This document shows positions 42,243 through 57,251 of a stretch of 64,000 bases of DNA, in pieces (the stretch's first letter is position 1; every line of letters begins with the position of its first letter). Origin of the DNA: an uncultured Methanosarcinaceae archaeon. Lineage in GTDB: Archaea > Halobacteriota > Methanosarcinia > Methanosarcinales > Methanosarcinaceae. The notes beneath the pieces were generated by a model. The model searched no databases. It was not told where the DNA came from and saw only the letters and a program-made list of their open reading frames with translations. Made by a program: the position numbers and the translations under genes. The stretch lies in NCBI GenBank assembly GCA_963847185.1, contig CAWJYV010000008.1:1056001-1120000 (forward strand), read 5' to 3'.

Positions 42243-42394
42243 TTAGAGGTTGTAGTTCTTCGGCAGGAAGACTTTTACTTCCTCTTTATAGTTTGTCAAG
42301 GCAGTCGCTAATGAACTTGTCCATGTCGTCGGTAAGAGCTTCGAAAGCTGACTTGACATTTGCAAGCGCAGTTGCGAACCTTGAAAGGGTAAAT
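42243..42394 (-). pseudogene. Orphan 3' end of a diverged mtaB copy
   Basis: TLSRFATALANVKSAFEALTDDMDKFISDCLDK / YKEEVKVFLPKNYNL*; one codon deleted, 1-nt insertion. Confidence 0.9.
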
Positions 42395-43786
42395 TTACTT
42401 TTTGAGGCCGTAGTTCTCCGGCAGGAAAACTTTAACTTCGTTTTTATATTTGTCAAGACAGTCACTCATGAACTTGTCCTTGTCGTCAGTAAGGGCCTCG
42501 AAAGCTGCCTTTGCATTTGCAAGGGCAGTTGCTTCGAACCTCGAAAGTGCAAGTTTGCCTTTTGCTCCTTCTTCGACGATTTTGATGCTCTCCATTGCTG
42601 CATTCTTTGCACGGAGATAGTTGTTGTTTCCGTCCTTGGCGATTGCCTGGCCGACTCTGTGGGCGTGCGGGTATGCGAGTACATAGCCCTGTGCGTCTCT
42701 GTACATGTCGGAAGCCGCGAACATGTCTCTCAGGATCTTTTCATTGCCCGACTCGAGGGCGACGTTCATGAGAGCACAGTCGTATGCGAGGGTCTCGGAC
42801 CAGCACTGGACTGTAGTACCGCCGAATTCGCCGTGATATTCAACGGACTCGTTGGACCAGAGGTCACAGCACTGCATGGTCAGGTTACCCATCAGGTCAG
42901 AGTGGGCACAGGTTGAGGTTTTACCTTCCTGAGCAATCGGAACGCCTGCAATAGCTTTGACAATGGTGTTTTCATATCCGCAGTCTTTTCCAGGGCCAAC
43001 TGCACCAGCTTCGTATGCACAGAGAGACCTTGCTGCAGAGATTGACCTTGCAATGATTGCGATTGTGTGGGCAAGGTTCTTATCCAGCAGGCCTCCTGCA
43101 ATGAACATTGCAGTGTTTGCCTGGGCACAGTCTGTGTCTCCTGAGGCTACAGTTCCGGTCTTCTTTGCAATTGCTGCAATGTCTTGCCAGATCATTTCCA
43201 TGTCCATGCTGCCGAGAACGCCTATGCCGTAAAGTATGCCTGCCATGTCGTTCCTGAGAATAGCATAGTCGAAAACTTCCTTACCACCCATTGACTCAAC
43301 GGCAAGCAGATCAGCACCGGACTTGGCGCACTGTTCAAAAGCCTCGAGGAATACGGAGTACTTGTCTCCTCTGAGCTGGAGGAAGTCTCTGTTCTCACGG
43401 ATATCCCCGATTGTGTGTCTGAGGGCGCACTTTATGCCATGTTCATCGTGGTATTCTTCCATGATGGTCTTCTGGGCGTGTGCGACTGCCGCTCCCCAAT
43501 CTGGATGGTTGGACATCTGCTGGACGTGTTCGGTTTCAAGCACAACAGCAGGAGCTCCAATCTGCACCATCCTTGCCATGATGTCGGTAGTGATCCTTTC
43601 ATACTCTTTTACGAGCTTTTCTTTGGATGCACCTGCTTCAGGTCTTGGGGCATAGTTCACTTCGGGAGTTGTGTATCCGGCACCGATTTCAAGTTTCAGT
43701 CCTGCTTTTACGGGCTTGACGGCTTTTCCGAAAATCATGTCATCTGCTTTTGCATAAGCCATTTTAGTATATTTTGTTACTGCCAT
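42395..43786 (-). CDS. mtaB: Methanol:corrinoid methyltransferase MtaB (probably mtaB3)
   Basis: EIGAGYTTPEVNYAPRP, ESMGGKE, DTDCAQANTA, GKDCGYE. Confidence 0.97.
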   Translation of the reverse strand: MAVTKYTKMAYAKADDMIFGKAVKPVKAGLKLEIGAGYTTPEVNYAPRPEAGASKEKLVKEYERITTDIMARMVQIGAPAVVLETEHVQQMSNHPDWGAAVAHAQKTIMEEYHDEHGIKCALRHTIGDIRENRDFLQLRGDKYSVFLEAFEQCAKSGADLLAVESMGGKEVFDYAILRNDMAGILYGIGVLGSMDMEMIWQDIAAIAKKTGTVASGDTDCAQANTAMFIAGGLLDKNLAHTIAIIARSISAARSLCAYEAGAVGPGKDCGYENTIVKAIAGVPIAQEGKTSTCAHSDLMGNLTMQCCDLWSNESVEYHGEFGGTTVQCWSETLAYDCALMNVALESGNEKILRDMFAASDMYRDAQGYVLAYPHAHRVGQAIAKDGNNNYLRAKNAAMESIKIVEEGAKGKLALSRFEATALANAKAAFEALTDDKDKFMSDCLDKYKNEVKVFLPENYGLKK

Positions 43787-43799
43787 CTACTCCACCTCC

Positions 43800-44567
43800 T
43801 CAGTGTTTATGGAATGTCTCCCTCAATTTCACAATGTTGTCCCCATTCGCCTTGACAAAATCAGCTATTTTCGGGGCATCTGCTGCTTCTTCACCATAGA
43901 CTCCAAGCTCATATTGAGACACAAAGTCCTGGTTTACAGCACCTCCACCACATGCAAAGGGAATTCTGTAGCCTTTTTCAAGAAGTTTGTCATTAATTTC
44001 CTTGAACGCATACATGGTGGTGGTCATAAGGGCTGTACCTGTAAGCAGCATAGGCTTTTCTTTCTCCACTGCCGCTATTACTTCATCTACAGGAACATCT
44101 CTCCCAAGGTCCACTACATCATATCCGTTGGCTCTGAGTAATGCGGCCACGATATTCTTTCCTATATCATGGACGTCACCTTCTGCAACGTGGCAGACGA
44201 CTTTACCTTTTGTCTCAGGTGATTTCCCGGCTTTCTGCTTCACGAATTCGATACCTTCTAGCATGGCGTCGGCAGACATCATGACGTTTGGCAGGAAAAT
44301 GACTCCCTCATCATAAAGCTTGGTGACAACTCCCATTCCAACCATCAATGCTCCATTAATAAGAGATATTGGATCCTTTCCGGAACTAATGGCTTTTTTC
44401 AGCCCTTCTACAACATCATCTTCTTCTCCTTCGAAGATGGCTTTTGCAATCGGGTTGATTATCGGGTCTTTAGGATAGAGTTCTTCTGCGGCTGCTTCCG
44501 GTGTCATTGCCTTTTCCATTTTTACATTGTAGCGTACCAGAATCGCATCTGGGTTTATTTCTATCAA
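43800..44567 (-). CDS. mtaC: Methanol corrinoid protein MtaC (probably mtaC3)
   Basis: LVRYNV, EGDVHDIGKNIV B12 motif, TALMTTT; GGAGG RBS before TTG at 44567. Confidence 0.95.
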   Translation of the reverse strand: MIEINPDAILVRYNVKMEKAMTPEAAAEELYPKDPIINPIAKAIFEGEEDDVVEGLKKAISSGKDPISLINGALMVGMGVVTKLYDEGVIFLPNVMMSADAMLEGIEFVKQKAGKSPETKGKVVCHVAEGDVHDIGKNIVAALLRANGYDVVDLGRDVPVDEVIAAVEKEKPMLLTGTALMTTTMYAFKEINDKLLEKGYRIPFACGGGAVNQDFVSQYELGVYGEEAADAPKIADFVKANGDNIVKLRETFHKH

Positions 44568-44817
44568 ATATTCAACCTCCATTTTAGCATTTGAGGAGCG
44601 ACTATCCCTGTTATTTACAGAAATCCTTGATTGCTTTTTAGAGGGCTAAACTTGGGTAGAAATTAATACTCTGTTAAAAAGACTTTAATAATGTTTAGAT
44701 GTCTATTCTTTCCCCATTTTTCAATATAGACAACTACTCAAGGTCTAATTGCCTGCAAATCCCCAAATTCTTCCCAATTCCTTTAAGGGACTTCAAACTC
44801 CCCTTAATTTAAATAGA

Positions 44818-44840
44818 ATTTGATATATATATAATTCACT
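44818..44840 (-). promoter_or_regulatory. Probable TATA box of mtaCB, implying a long (over 200 nt) 5' leader
   Basis: TTATATATATCA on the minus strand; long leaders are established for Methanosarcina mtaCB operons. Confidence 0.45.
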
Positions 44841-45273
44841 GAGCCAGCCTAGCTTCTCTAAATGAAATATATGCACTCAGGTTGGCGATGCCTGTTTCTA
44901 TATCGTTTTATTCTTTTCTTTTTTGTAGAAACTTGGGTTTTTTTAAAAGAACTTTGTATTTTATGTATTTATTTATTGGAAAAGTAATCCTTTATATATT
45001 GAAAAAATACTTAAAAGATTCCTTCTAATGTTACTGATGATGTATTAATTCACAAATTTTATGCTTTTTTTGTTTTCTTTTGCTACTTTCTATGGTTTCA
45101 GATATATTTTTTATATGGGAGGATTTTCAAAGAAATTACCAAAGTATTTAAGTAAGTATTACCTCTGTGTGCTCTCCTGGTCTTATGTGATCAGATGGCA
45201 ATACTCATGTGATTTGCAGCAAAAGTATTCTTTGCAACAATTAGCATATGGGAAAAAAGTCTTTGACAAACAT

Positions 45274-45672
45274 CTTTATATACAAGAAATGTCATGTATG
45301 AATCCCTCACACAAAGCGATTGTGTGAGCGACCGTCTCTGTTTCGATCCAAGTTGATCGAAATAATATCTTCATTTGGATTCAAACAATTGTAATCTTTT
45401 GTTCGGAATCTCTGTGAAAATTCTTCGTAAGAAGGACAATACAAAGCTTTATATACAAGAAATGTCTTGTATGTATCCCTCACACAAAGCGATTGTGTGA
45501 GCGGCCGTCTCTGTTTCGATCCAAGTTGATCGAAATAATATCTTCATTTGGATTCAAACAATTGTAATCTTTTGTTCGGAATCTCTGTGAAAATTCTTCG
45601 TAAGAAGGACAATACAAAGCTTTATATACAAGAAATGTCTTGTATGTATCCCTCACACAAAGCGATTGTGTG
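45274..45672 (+). promoter_or_regulatory. 173-bp tandem repeat (2.3 copies) giving three rRNA promoters
   Basis: CTTTATATACAAGAAATGTC...CCCTCACACAAAGCGATTGTGTG at 45274, 45447 and 45620. Confidence 0.85.
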
Positions 45673-45872
45673 GGTTGAATGAATATCTCTTTCATCTTTT
45701 AATGGAGTCAGGAGTTTTTTCCTGACTGACGAGGATTTTGTCGGTTCGGTTAATTCTGGTTGGTAGTTGTTTTTCATAAAACATCTATCGCGAACTTGAA
45801 TAACTGAATTGATGTTGTTAGTGCAAGTTTCTGCGACCAAGACCTTTAATTTTAAGTGTGCGATACTTAACA

Positions 45873-47347
<1,475 letters not shown>

Positions 47348-47431
47348 AAGCACAAAACACACCAACCAGATGCCGATAAACCGAACAAAATCCTCAAACC
47401 AGAGATCCATTGTGGATCTCTAGTCTCTCTC

Positions 47432-47504
47432 GGGCTTGTAGATCAGCTGGAAGATCGCTGCCTTTGCAAGGCAGAGGCCCTGGGTTCGAGTCCCAGCAAG
47501 TCCA
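47432..47504 (+). tRNA. tRNA-Ala(TGC) in the rRNA spacer
   Basis: GGGCTTG/CAAGTCC acceptor with G3:U70; TTTGCAA anticodon loop. Confidence 0.97.
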
Positions 47505-47633
47505 TTTTTGTGCACCCGGTAAGTAAATTATCGGGGAAGGACGGATCGCCTGTGCGGAACCGCAGGCTCATGAAGTCATGTATAGGTGCTGTATACTGGA
47601 CGCTAACTGGACCTGGTTAGGATATACAGGAAT

Positions 47634-50527
<2,894 letters not shown>

Positions 50528-50608
50528 CATCAGGTCCAGGCGAAATCCAGTATGCAGCACATATCCTATACATGACTTTTAGTCTTTCACAAAATCCTCT
50601 TTATATGT

Positions 50609-50737
50609 TGAGTGTGGCGGCCATAGCGTCAGGGCAACTCCTGTACCCATTCCGAACACAGCAGATAAGCCTGTCCACGTTCCTTACTGTACTGAAGTAC
50701 GCGAGTCTTCGGGAACTCTGGATCGCTGCCATACTCA
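50609..50737 (+). rRNA. rrf: 5S rRNA
   Basis: GGCGGCCATAGCG...CCCATTCCGAACAC; terminal TGAGTGTGGC/GCCATACTCA helix. Confidence 0.95.
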
Positions 50738-50982
50738 CCTATAATACTTTATTCTAAATCTGTTCCATAATTAATGTTGAGTTAATTTTTGATTGTTTTT
50801 TCTTATTGATTTTTCTGATTGAAGTTTACGTTCTATTTTGGTATCGTTTTACGCTCTTTTTAAACTGTTTCTTTTACAGCTTTTGATTCTTGATTTGTTT
50901 TGTCATTTTTTCCCGCTTTTGTTTCCACTCCGTCTTCTTAAACGTGTAAGGAGAATGAAATGAGTAAGCTGTATCCATAAAT

Positions 50983-51233
50983 TAGTCCTCTTGAGGTAGC
51001 GAAAAGGATTCCGTGCTGTTACTATTACATTGCAATTCCCAGAAAATATCCTATTTCCTGTGATTCCGAAGTGGAACTCAGGAAGCAAAACTCAGAAAGC
51101 GAAACTCAGAAAGCGAAACTCGGGATTCTAAACCATAAATTAATCTGCTTGAGCGAAGCGAAACAGAATGCGTACTCTCGAGGCGCAATTCGGGTGGCGA
51201 AAAGGACCGCATACTTCCGAGGCGCAGTTCGGG
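50983..51233. repeat. Dispersed GC-rich palindromic repeat, copy B, with internal 14-bp expansions
   Basis: Starts TAGTCCTCTT like copy A; GAAAGCGAAACTCA-type unit repeated; terminal GGCGCARTTCGGG duplicated. Confidence 0.8.
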
Positions 51234-51297
51234 TTTTTGAACTGCGCTTATCTTAAAGCAGGCTGCGTTGTTTTTCAATGATTTTTTTATTCCATCC

Positions 51298-51345
51298 CTA
51301 GTGTCGCATCAATCATCAAGGATTGAAAAATTATGAATGGATGCA
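51298..51345. mobile_element. Solo left arm of the 28959 MITE family
   Basis: CTAGTGTCGCATCAATCATCAAGGATTGAAAAATT versus CTAGTGTCGCGTCGATCATCAAGAATTGAAAAATT. Confidence 0.6.
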
Positions 51346-51436
51346 TCAGGAAAGTGCACATATTTCAGCTTTTTAAGACGACTGGAAATCTAAAAAAGAT
51401 TATTAGTTTACGTCTAATTGAAAATAAGGTGGATAA

Positions 51437-52039
51437 TTATTCTCCCCGCAATTCAAGCCCTGCCTTAACTCCTCTCATAACCGCTCTTGTAATCTTTTTT
51501 CCAAATTCTGTACTCGATCCTGAGTAGGGAATTTCCTGCTTTTCTCTATTTTCCGGGTCAAGCTTTGAATCCGTTTCATAGGCAACAATCACGGCATCCG
51601 TATTCGTACCCAGGAAATTATGTCCTTTCTCCAGAAGTGCGAGTCCTTTAGCTTCGGTGGCTGTTATAATTGCACCTAAGAGGGCAGTCTCGGATAGCCT
51701 TGCTGTCGAGACCAGAATTACATTTATGGTGCCTATATTTGTCCTGAATTCTGAGCCGTTACTTACACCAGCGGTTATAAAGGCTGTAAGATAGTTGTCC
51801 TCAATAACTTGAAGGTATTCCATATTTACAGCTGTCAGGAGGCCGAAGTTAGGCTCATGAATTCCCAGTCCAAGGCCGGCTTCTTTCATAAACTCCTGGG
51901 TACTTGGAGGGTTAAAGGTTCTTGGAACCTGTTTGTTGAAAATATAATTCACCCGCGAACGGCCTCCATTTAAGCCTGTGCTCACGGCTTCGAAATAGCC
52001 TTCAATGACAAGAGTGCTATCCTTTACATAGTAGTGCAT
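51437..52039 (-). CDS. cbiZ: Adenosylcobinamide amidohydrolase
   Basis: GLLTAVNM, TAGVSN, GTINVIL, TATEAK, GTNTDAV. Confidence 0.88.
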   Translation of the reverse strand: MHYYVKDSTLVIEGYFEAVSTGLNGGRSRVNYIFNKQVPRTFNPPSTQEFMKEAGLGLGIHEPNFGLLTAVNMEYLQVIEDNYLTAFITAGVSNGSEFRTNIGTINVILVSTARLSETALLGAIITATEAKGLALLEKGHNFLGTNTDAVIVAYETDSKLDPENREKQEIPYSGSSTEFGKKITRAVMRGVKAGLELRGE

Positions 52040-52238
52040 GAGTAACTCCGTTTTTTCAGGGATAAAATGCTAAACAGTACTCTCCGAAATAATACTTACT
52101 AGGAATAAGTTTGTATCTGTCAAGTTTTTTTTAATTTGATTCTTGCAAAAAAATGTTTACTTACTTGTGTCAGGAGTTTTGTTCGGGTGCATGAACTCCT
52201 GCTAGATTCCGGACAGATTTCAAGAGATTTCATACACT

Positions 52239-52532
52239 TTATATGTTTCCAGAGGTTGCGTTTCGCAAGCAGGTTTCCCAGTCTTCTGGATGGTCTGTAT
52301 TATCACACTGCCATTCAAATTCACGCCTTGCAAGCCTGATTGTTGCCCGTGCTCTTTTGAGTGGGATTAGCTCCTTTCCGACATCTCCTACACCACCGAC
52401 ATCCAGACAGCTTACAATATCAATCATAAAATGTTCCAGAATTTCTGGTGGTATTGATTCGTTCCTTGCATGTAGTTTTGTGCATTTAGCGAGATATTCT
52501 GCAAGTACACTGATCAATTTCTCGTCACGCAT
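52239..52532 (-). CDS. Hypothetical protein
   Basis: AGGAGAG RBS, 97-aa ORF. Confidence 0.55.
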   Translation of the reverse strand: MRDEKLISVLAEYLAKCTKLHARNESIPPEILEHFMIDIVSCLDVGGVGDVGKELIPLKRARATIRLARREFEWQCDNTDHPEDWETCLRNATSGNI

Positions 52533-52881
52533 GGTCTATCTCTCCTTTGAATGATAAGTGCGCAATCAACTTTATTACACGACTTTAAATTCTGGAAAAT
52601 CATAATTAAACTGTATAAAAACGTATAAATATCTTCCTTAACTCATATCAGAATATCTTATATCCATATTTCCCAAGAACTATGCCTAAAACAGCAATTA
52701 ACTTATTCTTTTTTTGGGGTTTAAAGGTTTCTAAATTGTTGCACTTGGGATGATTTCTACAGTGTTTTTGAGCTTACCTTCAAGTTTTACCTCACTGAAA
52801 ACTTTTTGTTATGGAAACGTTAACAATATAACATTAGACAATCTGAGATAAGACACAACTAAAAACTTGAGGGTGCTGTAG

Positions 52882-53510
52882 ATGTCAAAGTTAGACTTAA
52901 AAAAGGAAAATAAAGAACTGTATAATCCATCCGCAAAAGCCGTTTCGATCGCAGATGTTCCTGAAATGAATTTTCTGATGATAGATGGCGAAGGAGACCC
53001 AAATACTTCGCATGAATATCAAGCTGCAATAGAAGCATTGTTTTCAGTATCTTTTAAAGTTAATTCATCTCTGAAAAAGAAAATTCTCAGGACTATGTTG
53101 TAATGCCTCTTGAAGGGCTTTGGTGGGCTGAAAATATGGAGGATTTCAGCATTAAAGACAAAAAAACTTGGAAATGGACCTCAATGGTAAGGCAACCCGA
53201 TTTTATTACGAAAAAAATGATCGAAAAAGCTATAGAAGAAGCAGGTAAAAAGAAAAATTTGCCTGCACTTTCCAGAATAAGGTTTCAAAATCTTCATGAA
53301 GGATTATCAGCTCATATAATGCACATTGGTCCCTACTCTGACGAAGGTCAGACTATAGAGAAACTACATAATTTTATTGAAGAGAGTGGTTATGAATTTG
53401 ATGGCAGCAGGCCTGGTGAGAGGCATCACGAAATATACTTAAGTGACGCACGAAGAACTAAACCTGATAAACTTAAAACTATTATAAGGCAACCAGTAAA
53501 AAATAAATAA
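52882..53510 (+). pseudogene. GyrI-like domain gene split by a 1-nt deletion near 53062
   Basis: KLDLKKENKELY...FLMIDGEGDPN / DYVVMPLEGLWW...HIGPY...HHEIYLSD. Confidence 0.85.
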
Positions 53511-53795
53511 TAAAAATAAGGAGTTCATGAAAAATAAAATGGTTCATAAAAAATAAGAATAAAATGATGAATATATTTCTGTATTTTTCTGTCAGTTCGG
53601 AGAGGTTAATGCGGGCAGCAAAGCAGGATACTTCATCTATTTACTGAAAGGTCAATTCTAAGAAGTTAAGGTTTATTTTTCAGAAAATATGTTTCAAAAT
53701 CAATTTATATCTCGAATTATTATTCTTAAGAGTTATTATAAAAGCAAGATTTATTTTTTTCCAATATTATTTCATTACAAGGGGAGTGTTGGCTC

Positions 53796-55289
53796 GTGAA
53801 AGGGAGGATTATCCAGTCTATTTGTATTATTTTTTTGTATATGCTTGTGGTAGCAGTAACTCAGGCAGGTGCTACAATTATTATTGTAGATATTAATGGA
53901 GAGGGAAATTATAGCTCGATTCAAGAAGCCATTAACAGTGCACAAAATGGAGATACAATTCTTGTAGGTTCGGGAATATATCATGAAAATATAAAAGTGA
54001 ATAAAGAACTCACAATTCTCTCAAGTTCAAGCCTCTCAGGCAGCCAGACTCGGACTTATGTTATTGGTGCAGTTCCAGAATATAATGTTTTTGATATTTA
54101 TACAAGTAATGTGACAATAGACGGTTTTTGTATCTCAGGAGGCTCACTGGGAACTGATTGGCACAGATCAGGGATCTACCTTGAAGGAGTGAAAAACTGC
54201 TCATTAAACAACAACACTCTAATACAGAATAATTGGGGTATTTCTCTCAATGGTTCTCAAGGTAATTATATTTTCAGTAATCTGGTAAGCCTCGGAAGTT
54301 ACGGAATCTCTCTTGTTGATTCTGAAGAAAATGTATTGTCAAATAATCTTGCGATTTCAAATGACCGGGGAATTTCACTGAATAACTCGGTTAATAATAC
54401 TATTGTTAATAACACTGCAAGTTTAAATGCAATTGGAATTTTTCTGGAAATTTCTCAAATGAATATGCTTGCTCATAATCTTATTTCTAAAAACAAATAT
54501 GGAACTCTTTGCCAGGCCTCGGAGTTCAACACTTTGATCAATAACAGTCTTTATCTTAATGATATTGGAGTGCACTTCAATGAATCATCTAACAATGCAG
54601 TTTACCAGAATGAGTTAATTAATTTGGTTAACGCTATGGATGAGGAAAATAACTCCTGGAACAGTAGCTCGACAGGGAATTTCTGGAATGACTATACAGG
54701 ACAGGATGCTGACAGAAATAGTATAGGCGATATTCCATACGCTATCAACCAGACAACCAGAAGTATGGATTATATGCCTCTAGTGAATGAGACTTTTTCA
54801 GACAACAACTATGAAAGAGTAATCTATAACAATAATTTCATCTTTTTATTAAATGAAAAAATTTTTACGAGGTCTCAGAATACCCTGGAAGAAGGTATTG
54901 TTATCGAAGCAACTGAACTTGGGCAGATAAATACGTCTCTTCAGGAAGGCCCGGTTTTTTTGAGACTTGGAGCTGAGTGGTGTCCGATGTGCCAGTCTAT
55001 GAAACCCATCGTTAAAGAATTGGCAGCAGAATATGGGGGAAAAGTTACTGTAATGTCCGTAAATCTTAATCAGAATCCTGAATTTTCAACTTATTTCGGA
55101 GTTGATTATATTCCTGATTCCTTCGTAATCGTAGGCATTGAAAACGGGCAATACATTTACATGCAAGAGAATGGGAATGTTACTACAGATCGTTTTAAGG
55201 CTAGAATTGTCGGACTCAGGGATAAAGAAGCATTTGAAAAACTTCTGAATCTTTCTCTTCTCAATAAAAATAAAGATAAATCCACGTAA
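53796..55289 (+). CDS. Secreted NosD beta-helix protein fused to a C-terminal thioredoxin domain
   Basis: SIQEAINSAQNGDTILV, beta-helix repeats, GNFWNDY...DYMPL; then GAEWCPMC and a cis-Pro-like YIP. Confidence 0.85.
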   Translation: MKGRIIQSICIIFLYMLVVAVTQAGATIIIVDINGEGNYSSIQEAINSAQNGDTILVGSGIYHENIKVNKELTILSSSSLSGSQTRTYVIGAVPEYNVFDIYTSNVTIDGFCISGGSLGTDWHRSGIYLEGVKNCSLNNNTLIQNNWGISLNGSQGNYIFSNLVSLGSYGISLVDSEENVLSNNLAISNDRGISLNNSVNNTIVNNTASLNAIGIFLEISQMNMLAHNLISKNKYGTLCQASEFNTLINNSLYLNDIGVHFNESSNNAVYQNELINLVNAMDEENNSWNSSSTGNFWNDYTGQDADRNSIGDIPYAINQTTRSMDYMPLVNETFSDNNYERVIYNNNFIFLLNEKIFTRSQNTLEEGIVIEATELGQINTSLQEGPVFLRLGAEWCPMCQSMKPIVKELAAEYGGKVTVMSVNLNQNPEFSTYFGVDYIPDSFVIVGIENGQYIYMQENGNVTTDRFKARIVGLRDKEAFEKLLNLSLLNKNKDKST

Positions 55290-55973
55290 AAAGAACTGAG
55301 CAATACAAAAATTCATAAAGACTAAAATAGAAAATAGTCCGAAAGGATCTCACTTATCATTTCTGCATTAGACGATCAGGCAAGGACAGTTTGTTATATG
55401 GTCCTAGGAGTCTCTTAGATTCAATGTTGATCAGCTTTAATCAAATTATATTCAAATGCTCTTAAAAAGGTCTGAATATTTTTTAATCGTCCATTTTTTT
55501 TCTAATTTTTAGAAAGTCCTTAAATTTCCCGAATTTATAGGCTATTTAAAATAGGCTTTTTCAGCTTTCAACCTTAATTTTGAGTTTGTGGAAATTTCGG
55601 GCAATGTAACTCAAACTTCCAAAAGTTTTTTAAACAATTAAATCGTTAACAGTTTTTGCGAGAAAAGAGAAAGTTATCCCCTCCATGTTCTCTTTTCTTT
55701 TTCCTTTTTCGTCTTCATTTCAGTCAGAAATCTGTAACATAAACGACCTGGATCCAGTTTCAAATATGTTTTTTCATTCTTTCTGTTTTCATTCCTCTCC
55801 TATTTCTTTTCTAAATTCTGTATAATCTCTCTCGATTTCTTCAAGTTCGTATTCCATTTTATACCTCCATTTTGAATTGAAAATATTGAAATTTTTCTAC
55901 AGGGCTCACACGGTTGAACAGGGAATTTTTGTTTCATCAAAGGTTACATAGCTTTTAAGAAAACCATGTAAAG

Positions 55974-56040
55974 TTTATTTCAGTCGAGTACCCGCTAGCT
56001 TGCTGCGAGGTACGTCACCACAACTTTGATTTGAAGATTT
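55974..56040. mobile_element. Palindromic end of an IS200/IS605-like or REP-like non-autonomous element
   Basis: Imperfect hairpin GTACCCGCTAGCTTGCTGCGAGGTAC in AT-rich DNA; no transposase nearby. Confidence 0.45.
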
Positions 56041-56633
56041 TTTCATCCGCTTTTTCTTTTATCTTGGGTCTTTTTATTGAATCTAAGTTCCTTAACTTTC
56101 CATCGGAAATAGGTATCCTTCTTCCTATTTAATTATATAACTAATTTTTCATTATTTTTCTTAATTCAACAGAAATATTTCTTATACAGAAAACAAATTG
56201 CAATTAATTTAACGTAGTTCAAACTCTAATTTATTATTTTTTTCATAAAACTATATTTTTTTACTAATGATATATTTATCTATTTATTTTATAACTCGAC
56301 AACCATATATATCACAAAAGGCATAGGGTTTTATGCAACTGTAATATATTTCGAAATTTTCACTAAAAGTGTCAAAACCGATGTAAAAGTAAATAGATAA
56401 AAAAGAAGTGTTCTTAGTGTCCTTTGTTTGAAGTAGAATAATATTCTTGCATGTAAGGAAACAGGAAATGAATGCCTTAGTAAATCTCCAAAATTTAGGA
56501 AGTATATTTTTCCATTTGTTTACATGGATATAACTCCCTTCTTTCATAGAGGGAAAAACAATCTTAACTCAACTCTATAAATGTAGTGCGTTTCTACAGA
56601 GAATCTCACGTAAGTGAATTGAAGGGGAAACAA

Positions 56634-57251
56634 ATGTATACTTCGTTAATAATGCTACAAGCCACGGAACTTAACACAATCCTTCCTCAAATAGACGACC
56701 TTGCAAAAAATAGTAATTTAAATAGAGCGGATATAATAAGGAACACACTTTATCAATATTTTGAATATACAGCATCTGAAAGACCATCAACGCAAAAGGA
56801 GCAAGAGCGTAATAAAGAAATTAGTTTACAACTGACGTTACATGATAAATATATCCTCGTTTTTCTTGATGTCTATTTCCAGAGTAAATATTTAGGTACC
56901 AGCTCTTTCAGGCGCATGATTACTGCTATCAATATACTTAACAAATCTTTTATCTATGGTTCTCCATTTAATACCTTAGCCGGAAAGCAATCAAAGTATC
57001 CATTCGATCCTCAAACTTGTAACAATTATGAGGAAGTCCTTAATGATGCGTTCAATCGGTCTTGGAGCAACATTTGTAAGCAGGACTTGAAGCTTCTCAG
57101 TAATTTCTATTTCTTTTATAAGACCAAGAGGAGGAATGGGACAATGACCAGGAGAAATGGGATCATAGGTTCAAAAAGAGAGACGATTATAAGAATTGGA
57201 TTGAAAGATATGATAAATAGACAAAACGCTATGATAAGCATTTCCATGTGA
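56634..57251 (+). CDS. Hypothetical protein with ribbon-helix-helix-like segments
   Basis: QIDDLAKNSNLNRADIIRNTLYQY and SKRETIIRIGLKDMI; GGGG RBS before ATG 56634. Confidence 0.6.
   Translation: MYTSLIMLQATELNTILPQIDDLAKNSNLNRADIIRNTLYQYFEYTASERPSTQKEQERNKEISLQLTLHDKYILVFLDVYFQSKYLGTSSFRRMITAINILNKSFIYGSPFNTLAGKQSKYPFDPQTCNNYEEVLNDAFNRSWSNICKQDLKLLSNFYFFYKTKRRNGTMTRRNGIIGSKRETIIRIGLKDMINRQNAMISISM

Noticed and set aside
42293-42916. 207-aa plus-strand ORF
   Set aside because: Antisense shadow of mtaB and its remnant
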